Assembly: GCA_024679065.1 (NCBI GenBank)
Contig: JAGIQG010000024.1
Location: 22,506,001 to 22,570,000 of the forward strand
DNA: 64,000 nt
Source: Sphyrna mokarran
Taxonomy: Eukaryota
Reading direction: 5' to 3'
In this document: piece by piece, positions 39,800 through 54,089 of the stretch
Numbering within the stretch: position 1 is the stretch's first letter
How the letters are laid out: every line of letters begins with the position of its first letter
Translations under genes and position numbers: made by a program
The notes under the pieces: generated by a model
Seen by the model: the letters and a program-made list of their open reading frames with translations, nothing else
What the model was told of the DNA's origin: nothing
The model's database searches: none

Positions 39800-40020
39800 A
39801 GAGTGGCGGGGCGGGGGGCGGGGAAGGCGGAAGAGAGGCTCCGCCTTCTTCTGGGGCGTGACCCACCTTCATTGGCTTTCAGGGTGTCAAAGGCGACATT
39901 GTAAGAGGTGATTGGCTAGGAGAGCTGTCAATCACTGCAGTTTCTCCCCCGCCCCTCTCTCCCACCCTCCACACACTCAGGTTAGGTGGCTGAATCTCGA
40001 TATTGGCAGCTCAGTGCTCG
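39800..40020 (+). promoter_or_regulatory. Probable RUNX3 proximal (P2) core promoter
   Basis: GC boxes (ggcggggcggggggcgggg near 39805-39823, cccgccc near 39948), reverse CCAAT boxes (ATTGG at 39871, 39911, 40002) and the PBX-PKNOX/MEIS decamer CTGTCAATCA at 39925-39934. About 0.8-1 kb upstream of the MRIPV ATG; TSS not determinable. Confidence 0.65.
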
Positions 40021-40772
40021 AATCAGAGAAAAGCGGGGCAAACTTTCTGAAAGAAACCCAAGGATTTCAAGTGCATTGATGTGGAGATTCGTCTAACCAG
40101 GCTGCAACCTTTAGGGATACTTTGTTTTTGAAAAAAAAAGATACTTTTTTTCTCTCTCTGAGTGTCTGTACTGAGCTGTGCTCTGGAAGTCGCTGCAGCG
40201 CCGGTTGTGTGTATGAGCGAACTGGAAGTGGCCGAGAGCTCAGTTTCTTGACAGAGGCAGCCGGGGGTGGGGGTGTGCTGGCTAAGTGAACTGAAAGTGA
40301 TCGTCGCCTCTCCCGGGGAGTTGGAAGTCGCGGCTCTTGATGATATGCTCTGACCCACGGCGAGCCACGGGTGAAAATGCAGTTTTAAAGTTGCAGAACT
40401 CTTTGGCTTGAAGAGTTTTTTTTTGCCCCATTCTGAGGTCATTTGCAACAACAACAGCACGATAATAATAAGAAGCCTCTTGACACCGGACGCGGATCCT
40501 CATACTTTCTGAGTGATCTATGGACCAGGAGGAATGGACTATTCAGTATCTCAATAGATAGGAAGGAGACAAGTATTTGGACATTTCAGTTGACGATCTG
40601 AAACGCGATTGCGTTGGACTGAAAAAAAAAGTTGCAGTTTGTTTTAAAAAAAAGTTGGCGTTTGAGAGGAAAGACTTTTTTCAAGCAATTTTATTTTAAA
40701 ACACACAACAGACCAGAGAGGGTTATTTGATCGGAGCCACTGTTGGAAGCGGTTGGCCTGCCGTTGTTCTGA

Positions 40773-41123
<351 letters not shown>

Positions 41124-41527
41124 TAATTCTCTCTGTGTGTTGGTTGTTTTGTCAAATTGGGAAAGTTTGCGTCGCATTACAACCACAACCGCAATATTTA
41201 TACCCGACTCAGTATCTGGGTAGAGACGCAAGATCCGATTGGAATGAAAACATGAAAAACTTGTTTTTTTTAAAAAAATATATACATTCAAATAAGCAAA
41301 CAACTACTATTAATGCCTTCAATATTAAACAGTGTTCTTGACAATGCAAGTGTGGATTTTCTTAAAAGTTTAGACATGGTGTTCTTTAATTAATATATTG
41401 CTGTTATTAATTTAATGGAATTGACAAGGCAAGTGTATATTATTGGATTGTACCTCCAGACAGTGCGGGGGATGTAATGCTGTCTGGTAGAAATATAATT
41501 AAACGGCAGTTCAAATATACAAGTGCA

Positions 41528-41585
41528 ATATATATAGATATATGTGTATATATATATATATATGTATATGTGTGTGTGTGTGTAT
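41528..41585. repeat. (TA)n/(TG)n microsatellite in the RUNX3 intron
   Basis: Direct reading. Confidence 0.9.
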
Positions 41586-42602
41586 AATGGTACGGGACCT
41601 GTGATAACTCTGCCCTGCAAATTGCAGAGAATATGTGCTGAATTCACCCAAAACGTACAGAAAATTGGCGGCAACTAACCTCCCCGGCAGCTTTTTGCCG
41701 TTTTAAGAAAATACTCAAATATGTTAGCACACCCTCCCCTTTCTTCTTGGAATTAAACAAACATTACAAACGATTGGAAACTTTTTAGTATTTCACCGTT
41801 CTCTTTCTACCAAGCCTTACAGCGAAGGAGCATGTCCTGTAAGCTCAGTTAGAAAGTTGGGCCCTGTTGCTGACTCTTCCTCTCTCTCTCTCCCTCTGCC
41901 GTGTTAAACATTGCATTCTGCAGATGAGGAACTGCTTGAATTTTTTGTCTGTTAGAATTGTGGCAAATGCGATAAAAGCAGCATCAATTCCACACGTAAA
42001 TTGGACCATTCAGAGTTTTCAGGTAGCCAGCCTGCACCAAGAGAGAGCCGCCAAACCCGCCGTTATAAACGTGCAGGATATAATAAATCGAAATAGGTTG
42101 TATAGGTTTGTGCAATCCCTGTAGTTTTAGAAAAAAGGGGATTGGAGAGAAACACGTTCATACTCTCTCTCATCTCCAATGATTTAACCCAGTGTTGGTG
42201 CTGTCAGCAAATTGGGGAAAAATAATAATAACGATGCGGGTTTTTTATTCCGCCAAAGCCTAGAGTGACAGAATGACACGGGGTTGCTGCTATTAACCTG
42301 ACTGAAAAGCAGGACAGCCTGAAATTGGGTGGAAATAGATTGCAGTCATGTCTCTTTGTTGAAGATTCTGTTTTATTCTAAGTTATTTAAAGCCGTGTTT
42401 CTTTATACAGGCGCCCACAGTGCACAGAATATTAGTGTTTAATTCACTTTGTTTCCAAATAATATGAGGGGAAGGAGTAATAATGGAATCATTTATAGTT
42501 ATATCTAATTGGTGTTGATTTTATGAATTTAAATGCACAGATTGCCTTGCTTATCGTGTGGGCAGACTTTCCGAACTGTCAGCGCTTTTTGTTTTTGGTT
42601 AG

Positions 42603-42917
<315 letters not shown>

Positions 42918-45900
42918 TGACAGCAACCTCCGTTTTTTGGTTTCTCCAGGGAATGTTTTGCGGGCTGTGAGATATTTTGCACACTTTTCCCTCCACCGAT
43001 GTGAGATTATTTTAAAATTAACCTGCAATCATTTCGCACCGCAGTTCCCCAACAATTCGACTTAACAAATCGAAAGGTTTTGGTAAATCTTTTCTTTCCC
43101 TCAATTCACGCCTCTTCCTTTGAGCTTGTTTTCATTGGGAGTTGTTTATTGTTACATAAAGTGAAATTGACATTGAGACTGATTTTCCTTATTTTTACAC
43201 GAATTTCTGCTTTTCTTGCGTGCTCCTGTAAACACCTCGCAACATTCTCACCTGTTCTGACTTTACTTTTTCTTAAATAAAACAAAACCAACTAGCTTAC
43301 ACTCAAGCAAAGCCCATTCGATTGTCTAAATTAGTACAATTTCCCGTGATCAGAAAATATACACTCGAGTTACTTCCCCAACGCCTCGCTTTTTACAACG
43401 GCTCGTTTCAAAACCCCAAACTCAAATTACTGACACGGATTTTCTTTTGGCTTTTTTTTCCTTTCTCCTGCCCATTCGCTCCCGATTCTGCCACTAAACA
43501 AATTCCAACTACCTGCAGAACGATGATAGGTTATTTTTTTTTGAGGACTTTACATGAACAGATCCTGCTGAAATTGAATTACTTCCTATGGTGTGGGCGA
43601 GAGTTGTGTTCGAGCCACTATCCACAGATTAAAAAAAAATAAAAACCGCATACATCTTCAACCTGGGCCGATTTGGAAGTTTAATCTAGATCCCTTTGTT
43701 CTATCCAAAGGATCTCGTCGTCTTTCGCATTTGAGGAGTCTAATCTTCTGCAGGGGGCCGGGGTTCGTTAGAATTATATTTTTTCTCAATAACTATTTTG
43801 AGGAATTATTCAATCATACGTGAACAACAAAAAGAGTGGTAACTGAAGTGCGAACGTGCGGAGGAATAAGTTTATGGATTAAAAATCGCAAGATGTGTAG
43901 CAGTTGAATGCTGTAGATAAGGCCAGTTAATAATGAAAAACACGTCTTTTACTTGGAAATCGTTGCAAGTAAACCGACAGTTAATTTATTCCGAAATTAA
44001 TCTCTGTTTTGCCCCATAAATTAATTTATCAATGAGGATGTTCTATAACAACCATTCACAATTGCCTCATATCAGCCTTCATAGACAAAGTGGATGCTCG
44101 TAAATAACATACATACCGTCCTGATTGAAAAATACAAATGATGTTCCTATTACCCTTAAGGCACATAAACTTCTGGGTGCCTTAAAACTATTAGCTTCAA
44201 TCCGATTATGTGCACATCTGTTTGCTTATAAGTAAGATTTTAACATTTGCTGTTAAAGTTATTGAATAACGCAAGAAAATGTAAGACTGTTGCCATAAGA
44301 AAATTGGCATGTAATTCAAGTTATAAAAATGGTTTAGAAAATATTTAAGATGGGAAGGCAATGTTTTATTAGCTGCATGACATATCTCTCGGAGACAATT
44401 TCCTTAGCAAATGTTCTGTGTAGATGTGATCGTGATGATGCAAATGCTTTTTTTTCCATGGGACCTTGCCATCACTAGCAAGGCCTACATTTCTCATCCC
44501 CAACTGCCCTTACGCTGGCCTCTGTGAACCTGATCTTGGATTTTCCTTCTGCTTCTTAATTATTGGTACCTATTTTTGAATATCCCCGCTGGACTCCATC
44601 TGCTGTTTAATCAGCATTCCATTCACAAAGTGCTACACAAAACGTTACTGCTTGCATGACGATCTTATTTTAGCACTCACATAAAAAGTTAATACAACCA
44701 CAGGTTCGATTTAGATTTTGGGTTTCTGCATAATCAGCTTTATGATTGTAATTTAATTCTTATAATAGGAGGATTTGGCCATATTAGGACAATTTTAAAA
44801 TTTATTTTAGTGATTTTATTTTTTTTTAAAGAAACAGCTTTTGCTGATGATTGGAAAATCCTCTAGATATTGTCACCAGACACATTTTGCAGCCAAAACA
44901 TTGAAAATAATTTCTGTTTGCATGAGGTACTGTAGAATAACACAGCTAAGATAAGTTTGGTCAAACTCAGTGCAAGAATTGGTCAGTGGCTGGAAGCTAT
45001 TGGAGTATATTTGTGTACATTTATTGTGATTGATCATTTTATAAAACTGCAATGGGGGCAGTTAGCTTATTCAGCTTTTTGCAATTCCAACTCTCACAAT
45101 TTTATCTGTAGAAAGTGTTTCCCTGACACACACATGTATAGGAACCACAAAAGAAGATTCTGTTCTAATGAGTTGGCAATAATTGACAGGTGTATTGTTT
45201 TAATACCCTGAAAAGCTTTTTTTTTAAAAGTGAAACAGATTCAGGCAAATAGGGCAAACACTTTATTTACTTATATAATTGCAGTATTTGAACATGATGT
45301 GAAGCAATAGTAGCTTGAAAAAACAAAAACCCCAGATAAACATTGTGTATAATAAACCAAACCCGCAATTATGCAATATAAAATTATATACAGAAAAAAA
45401 TTTTGATCAATTGACTTTGACATGGAACAGTTTTAGCAATTAAACTGACTTGTAAATATGGTATCTGATCTCTTGGCTCAAACACTGTTTTGCAAAGTTG
45501 GAGTTAACAAAAAAAATGTTCAGCAGAAAATGTAGGAATTATTCCCACTTTTTAGTATTTGTGTCAGATAAAAAGTATCAGTTGAGTTTCAAAGACAGTC
45601 TGTAAATAAATATATACTTGCATCTCTTTTTTGTAAAAAAAATGCTCCGGTTTAAAATTTAGCTTAATGAAAATTCTATGGTGTCTCTAATTTTATGGTA
45701 CAGTTTTAAAAATTGAGATTATTGTTGTTTTTTTCAGTGATCTTGCTATCCTATTAGTATTTCAATAGTCATTTTCACTATGTTAATATTCACAAGGGCC
45801 TTACAAATGTCGTCCTCAGAATGCAGTGGTTGGCAGTAGAATACAGAATTCTATGTTAACATGTACCCCTGTTTGCTGTCTTCTATCTTACATTCTTAAC

Positions 45901-48900
45901 AAAACAAATCTGCCTACTTAGACACTATCACATTTCTTGTGCAATACACAGAGCTCCTTTCAATCAGTTCTAATTAATATGAATTCTCAGTTAATTACTT
46001 AGAAACTGCAATGACCCATTTTCTGTGGGTTTTGGCTAGTGACGATAGGTGACAATACATACTGTATCGAAAATAGAAGCCAGTTCCTGTTGAGTGGAAT
46101 CCCTGTTTACCACAATTTAATGCCAGCTTGATGGCATTTGACTCGGTACGTTGCAAGAATATAAACAGATGATTGACTACTTCTAGTAATAAGACTGAAA
46201 ACAAAACAATGTGCTAAAATATCAGTACATATCATTTGTACACATATATTAAAATTTGAATTCATCATTTCATTGAATATTTCTGTCAAGTGAATGGTTT
46301 CTTTTTCCCCTGGCCCACATTTACATTTCCAATCCCTGCTTCCACGCAATTATATGAGAAAAATCTATTCACAAATCCAACAAGAACACCGTGAGACTAA
46401 ATCTTGTTTGATGTTGTGCAATTTTATCATTAAATGAAAAAATTAACAGTAATTCAGGACTGCAAACAATGATTCCTATTGGTAGAGCATCATTTTATTC
46501 ATCACTTTTGCTGTCAATATTTTTACCTGAAAGGTGTATTGTAACACGCAGGACAATTACACTTCAATCAGGTCAAACGCTACCAAATTTTCTTGTAATA
46601 AAATATTAAATCCCAAGCTTATCTAAATACCATCTGATGTGCTATGTTTGGACATTGCTTTCTAACATCTGCAGGTCCTAATGTGCACAAAGCTAGGGAT
46701 AACACAGTGACATTATGGAAATGTTGTAGAGGATTGCCCTGACTATTACTTTAATCTATTCTTCTAATCTATTTGATACGTACTGCTGATCAGTGAATAG
46801 GAACTGAGTTGATAAATCTGACGATCAAGAAGTGGTTTGTTTTAAATATAATACTATTAATTAAGTGAATGCTGACTCAGGGCCTATTCAATTCTCCTCC
46901 TCACAGGCCACAGTGAACCACAATAATGCCCCATCTCAGCAGTAGATGATGGACCACATCACAGGACAGGGTTGAGAACACGTCACCGCTATTAAATTCG
47001 AGCAGCCGCATTAAAATTTCAATCTGAAAACTTTAAGAAATAGTTCTTTAAACCTTACAAAAATTGGAATGCCCATTGTAATCCCAAGACCTTAATTCTC
47101 AATTTGTGATCTGGTGAATCATCAAAGCTGTTCAATTTGCATGTAGTGTGATGCAAAGACAAAAGGAAGAAAATTGGAAGATGGTTGAATAATGGATAAG
47201 CTGGACTAGTATAAAACCAATTGTAATACTGCAGTGGCCACACATTCAGCTTGAGAAGTATGATTTTATCCATACTGTGTGTTCTCTTTTCCAGTAGCAA
47301 GCATTTATTTATTTACTGTTGCCAATGCAAAATTTCATTGAACCAAAATTTGGTGTAACAGTAGGTGGATTGTTCCCCGCAGTTGAAAGTCTATATGGTT
47401 GCTGTTCTCAGCTGCGGCCAACACACTGTGAAGAATCTCTCCAGACTTTAAAATGTTTAGGCTTTGCACTTCCAATTTTCATTCTTTAATGATTTTCCCC
47501 TTAACTTCCCGACCTTTGGAGATTAGGGTTTTGAACACACTAAAACAAAAATGTATTTCTCGATCTTACAAAGACTTGGCATTTCTCATCACCTGCGTAA
47601 GAAAGACTTCTTTCCCATTCAAAAGCATAAGAAAGATTTATGGGATTGTAACTGCTTATTCTTCAGTCATTTCCATCTGCTTTAACTAACTAGATTCTAA
47701 AAAGATGTAAGGTGATTTTTAATATTTAATGATATACACCTTAGGATTTCTCATGCAATTTGAAAATTATACACGCAAGGATAGGATCTCCATTTTGGGT
47801 GCTGTTGTTGGTTTGGGTAAAAATTATGCCCAAAACTATGACTGGTTTAAGAAGAGTCCGATTCCCCTACCCACCCGGGCCTCAGAGTTTTGCTTCAAAT
47901 TTATTTGCATAAATTTAAAATCTGCCATGAGTCAATGCAATCGGGTAGCATTTTAAATACTCATTGAACAGAGAGTTTGTGATGAATAATTTCCCTTTGT
48001 ATGTTTAAAAGGTGAAGTTTGATTAAAACAAGCTGAAATTAAGTTGATCGCAAAAATCAGGGTGACAACTCACGATTTCTGAGCCACTCAAATTTAAGTG
48101 ACCAAAATTCACCTTTGAAAGATATATGCAAAACTATTTTCCAGCTATATTGAAGTGCAGCAGTCAGTTTCTTTACAATTTAAAGCAAAAGTCACACTTT
48201 GAAAATCCTGGAAGTCCACCTTTGAATGCCCTCGCAAAAAGTTGTTTCTTACAAGATGTTTGCCAAAACAATCAGCTCCTGAAAGGCCTGCAAGCAAGCG
48301 TCGAAACCTCGAAAGGTCATTCAGTCACCCTAGGGCCATGGTCAGTTTTGTGGACAGGGTCTGATCACAAGTATGTTTTTCAAATGAGCTCAGTAGACCT
48401 TGGCAACATGAGTTGTGCTGAACATAAATTGCACATAAATTCTCCAAACCTTTGCGCTGCGTGCACTGTTTCCACCTGAATTTCTCTGCAAAAATTGGCA
48501 CAATCGAGTGTATATTCCACTCCCCTGTTTTCTCTGTTTTGGCAAGGGTCAGTGTTCAGTGGAGAGGACGTGCTGAATTGTATGAAGAAGAAGAATATGA
48601 TGAATTTGTTGTTGAATTTATCTATACTTTATCTATAAGATTATGTATATTTTATCTATAAAATTCTCCAGTGGCACTGCAGGGTAAATTAATTTTGATT
48701 CAAAAGAAAGAACACAGTGAAAGTTCTGAAAATAATATAGTTAATTAAAACACATTGTCTTTTAAAACACAGGAGTTTCTATTGTCCTCTGATGGACTGC
48801 ACCACCCTGTCAGACTAACATGAATGACATCCAAGTATGAAAATAGGGAATTGTCTCATTCAGTGAATAGACACTTACTGAATGACATTGACAAATTAAT

Positions 48901-49478
48901 TCACTTTAAGTATTGGTTGCAACCTCAACGTGAGTCAACGTTTGAAAGTGACCAGAAGATTTAGCTTCATAGTGAAGGCGGCCTGGATTTTTCACCCACT
49001 GCTCACAGCTAAATGATTTCTTAATAGCCAAGGCAGTTGATGCTCACTGGAAAATGAACAGGAAAATCCTAAGTCATTCTATTTGAAATCCACCTTCATA
49101 TAACATCCCGTGGCTGCAGTAGAGATGGTCACCAGGAGATGGCAACTAAAAAAGATCCCACCTTATCAATGTGGGACAAGTCTGGAGGGGAGTGGGAATG
49201 GCCAAGGGGATTTTTTTTAAGAGCGGGTTGAGAGTTAGCTGTTCGTTCACGAAAGGTACTGCCTTAGAGGTGTAGGCTGGAACCAATGAAATCCATCCAT
49301 AATACATCAATCAGGGTTTATTTCATAATAAACTTTACTTTGCAAATTTAAAAAAAAATCAGTCGTGCACAGCAAAATTACTCTACATTGACAGGCTGGG
49401 GAATGTTGTTCCCTTCCTGTTCCCTTTCCTCCCCAGTCTTCAATGCTTAACGTGTCTGGCAGAAACATGGCAAAATAA

Positions 49479-49631
<153 letters not shown>

Positions 49632-50347
49632 TAAATATCAAACATAGAATACATTCATTCAGGATTAATTATCATCCGAGATTGGTGCTTTAATCAGCAG
49701 TAATTACTGCAAGCAAAGTGTTCATGAATGGGTTTATTCACTGCTTGAAATGTGAATTCAGAGTTGTGCTGTACAGTGATATCAATTATTATATACGTAC
49801 ACTGAAAACTTAAATACACAGCATAAAGATAACATGGAAAGTATTCATACAGGATTAACAGTCATTTCAAATCTGAGGTTACAATCAACCTTGATTAATT
49901 ACAGTACTTAACCCATGGAAGGGCAGATCCAGTGCTAAAATTGCAACTGATCTCTGAAGAATTATTCAGTATTTGTAAGCTGATGATAGGGATCTGAAGC
50001 TATGATGTTTGGTAGTTAAAGAGGAAATTGCACCTGGAAAAAGAAGGAACTAGCCAACATGAAATACAACCTGCATTCTTAGTTATGGAATTGGGATGAG
50101 GTACTGATGTTAAATCATGGTTGTAAATGAAACAGTGACATTGAATAGTTTATTTGCTCCTTACAGTAGTGTGTACATTTTAAATATTCAACGTCTTTAG
50201 CTGGATAATTTGTTCCTGTTCCCTTACAATCAATAAATAAATTCAAGCATTAAAATAGATGATTTTTGGGACTTAGCCCTTCAGGTTATAATCCTGATTG
50301 AAGTGTCCACTATACTTACCCTTTATGTTCAGATATTTAAAGCCATT

Positions 50348-50553
50348 GGCTGGAATTCTCCAGCCGTTCATGCTGGCGGGATTCTCCAGTCCCGCCACTA
50401 GCACAACTCCATCCGCAGGTTTCCCTGCATGGAGTGACATCAGTAGAAATTCCCATTGAAAGCAACAAGATCAGAGATTCTTGCTGCCAACAAACAGTCT
50501 GCTACCTCCCACCAGTAAGAAACATGCAGCTGGGAGGCTGGAAAATCTTGCCC
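50348..50553. mobile_element. MITE homologous to 8002-8197 (further copies near 29915-30025, 50876-51010, 54216-54350, 54430-54545, 57935-58062)
   Basis: ggctggaattctccagcc...ggctggaaaatcttgccc TIRs; colinear interior. Confidence 0.75.
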
Positions 50554-53007
50554 CTAATGTTTTACAGTTGGAGTTTTGATGTAGAGCTTTTTTAAAAAAA
50601 TCAGGGTCACAGAAATGGTGTATTTTCTATGTGACAGAGACTGAATTGTGGAACTGTGCAGTTTATTTACTATCTGGGCTGAACTCCCCTTCTTCATTGG
50701 GAGTTTCAGTCAATCAAAGAATGAGGGACCGACAGTGAAGAGATCAGTGGCATGAGAGGCCAAGTTGGGAGTACAATCCCATTTGTACCAATAATAATAA
50801 GAAAAGGTCAGGTCTAAGTATGTTGTAATTTAGAAAAGGATAGAAAAGTGAGTTAGGACAAGCATACTTCCTTTCCAGTGGAATTCTGCGAGCTTGCTCA
50901 CAGCTGGAATTTTTCAGTCCTGCTGCAATAAATGGAGATTTGGCAGAGTGCCAAATTCTCCATTCTTGCTAATAACAGCAGTGGAGTGAATGAGATTGAA
51001 GAATTCCTGACAAAGGAAGATCAGAAAATGCCATTTTCTGTCAGATATAATAAGATTTATGACATGCCTTGCTTTTCATATGTTCAAAAGAATGCTTTGT
51101 GCAGGCAGCCATGGATAAGAAAGTGTTTATTCCATCATTTGCAGTTGTGTTGGGAGTGCTGAACCTAGACTATACTTAGAGATGGCTGTGACCAGTGATG
51201 GTGACATGATAATTTAATGGAAAGGTCTTCAATTAATCCAAGTAAATTATTGCCTGGCAGTTAAGCGAAAACAATATTTACAAGGAATTCTGTAAAAGAA
51301 AAATATCAAATTCTTTGTGATCTGTTCTAATGAATTTGAGAAATACAGAATGATTCATTGAGTTTCCAAACTGTACAATATGAAAATAGATAAAATTTGT
51401 AATGACCTGATAAGTGTTCATCCCTGAGTAATTGCCACTGAAGATCAACTCTACAACAGCATTAATTATTTAACACAAGGTTCTTCAAAATGGACACATC
51501 CAAGTAAGAAGGTTCTAGCTGTGTGAAAACAGGGAAGTAGTCCATCAAAGCTAACAGATTGCTATGATGTGCATTTGGTTCCCATATGAGGTTAGGAAAG
51601 TCTTAGAGTACACCCTACTAGATCTGGGAACAACAATTAATACTTTAAAATTACCCCCAAGTTTGAATGATTGGCAATTGAAGTCTTCCAGGAAGAAATA
51701 AATAAACCAGTTATCCAAACGGCCATAGGTACATATGAAAGTGTCATGTTGATACAATGAGGAACTTATGGAGGAGCTTGACTTCCACAACAGCCAGGAA
51801 CATGTCAAGAATGTCATTTAAATTGTGATTTAGTAGCTTTGTTGAGAATGCATTATCTGTTTTTATCTGTTGCTTCAGAGTGCATCCATTATAGATTTTT
51901 CCAATTTAAAGCTTATGCTGCTTTGCTTTTAATTGAAAAACCTCAAGTGATACTCCAAGGCCCATACTTCATGAATCTACTAGATATGAAAAGAAAGAAG
52001 ATGAAGTAAAATGAGGAGTACAGATTCAGTAACACCTAGATCTGGTTCAAATGCCTGTAGACTGTAAGAGGAAGGGAAGTCAAAGAAATTCCTTGGTTTT
52101 GCAGTCTTGAGGTATAGAGGAGATTTTACAGTGCCTTTGAGTGCAGTCAGTGAGGCCACCTGTTGGATCGAGTGGACAATCATTCAGCCAAAAGAATGAG
52201 GGAATGATATGACATCCCAGTCCTGCTGACAATGTGGCCAATGCCATCTTCCTGAGGGAATTCCTGTTGGACACCCAAAGGACAGGCCCTATTAATGTGT
52301 AAACTCAGTACCATGGCAGACATTGACCTATAGCTCAATCAAAGGAAAGTACATCATGCAGATTATGCACGGGGATAATTTCAGCCAGGGATCTAACGCT
52401 AAAGAGCCCAGAAATTAAAAAAGGAAGAGAAGAAATGTTTCTCAAAGTTCCACCAAAACAAACTGAGCCATTGTTGCAATGAGTCTTCCTCCATCTATCA
52501 CCTGAACCTTCCATGAGGCCTGACCAGGTCCCTCAAAAATAGAATAGGTGCCCTTTTCAGCAGTATTAACTGTTTGGTTAACTCACTGACTGAGTTGACT
52601 GACTAATTTGAACTGAGCGCCCAAAAACTGACAGGAGCAAAAGATCTATTCCCTGATTCTAACAAAGAAGGATGACAAGACAACACGTTAGTTACAGCTT
52701 GACCAGCTTCTATCTTCACCTGACATCCACATCTGTGCATTTCCAGTCAGATTCATAATCCCCATCAATACCCTGGCTGAGGTCAGGTAACTTCATAGAG
52801 ACAAGCGATTGATTATACCTGGGACTGTTTAAAAAAAAAATCATTTTTATCACTTGGACAAGACTAAAGAGGGTCACATTAGTACTCAGCTTCACTTGTG
52901 TTGGCAGACTTTATGGTGAGAATACTCTTGTAGTAGGGTTAGATATGAAGATTCAGATAGGTACACGATGGCCAAAAGGCCTCTTCCTGTGCAGTAATGA
53001 CTCTATG

Positions 53008-53312
53008 CCATAGAATCCTATAGTGCAGAAGGAAGCCATTTGACCCATCGAGTCAGCATTGACCACAATCCCTCCCAGTTCATATCCCCATAACCCATCC
53101 ATTTACCCTGGCTTGTCCCCCTGACACTAAGGGGCAATTTAGGATGGCCAATCAAACTAACCTGCACACCTTTGGGAGGTGTGGGAGGAAACCAGAGCAC
53201 CCAGAGGAAACACATGCAGACACGGGGAGAATGTGCAAACTCCGCACAGACAGTGATCCAAATTGGTAATTGAACCCAGGTGCTGAGGGGCAGCAGCAAC
53301 TGCGCCACTGTG
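53008..53312 (-). mobile_element. HE1-like V-SINE
   Basis: Full length on the minus strand; a partial copy lies at 54985-55136. Confidence 0.85.
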
Positions 53313-53734
53313 TTAATCCCATAAAGGAACAGAATTATATATATTTTGTTTTTTATAAATTACTCCATTCTTGAAATTACAAAGCCAATGTACAGAGTGG
53401 ACCAGGCAAGTCCAAATCCATCTCATGCTCTAAAAAGCAAATTCAAATTGAATCCAACTTATGGTCTCAACAAGAGAAATATGCAAGATCCAAGCTGACA
53501 AGATAAGGCATTGCAACCCATCTTGGGAGTGATCCGATGCTTGATCCTAGCCGAAAGGTTGAGAGTGATCATGAAGAAACAGAATTAGGATGGTGCATGC
53601 CATTTAACTGAATGGCTTGGATCCTCAGGGGTCACAGGAGCACCCTTACCTTCATTATCTGGAAAACCGAAGCATAACATTTCTTGGCTAGTTATTGTTT
53701 TCATCAAGGTTTAAAATATCATTGCAATTTTTTA

Positions 53735-54089
53735 AAACAATTTGTTCATGGGACATGGGCATCACTAGCTGGCCAGCATTTACTGCCTATCCCTAGTTGC
53801 ATTTGGAGACTCAACCACATTGCTGTGGCACTGTAGTCACATGTAGGCCAGAGCAGGTAAGGATGGCAGATTTCCTTTCCTGAAGGACATTAGTGAACTG
53901 GGTAGGTTTTTCTGACAATCAACTATGGATGGTTTCATGGTCATCAGTAGAATTTCAATTTCAGATTTTTTTTAATTGAATTCAAATTCCATCATCCGCC
54001 TTGGTGGGATTCAAACCTGGGTCCTCAGAACATTAGCTGAGTTTCTGGATTAATTATTTAGTGTTATTATCACTCGGCTATTGCCTCCC
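53735..54089 (-). mobile_element. Family B tRNA-SINE
   Basis: Colinear with 3787-4142. Confidence 0.82.

Noticed and set aside
48849-48897. Intronic hairpin (tcattcagt / actgaatga) as a possible pre-miRNA
   Set aside because: The stem is only about 9-11 bp and AT-rich, too short to support the call.
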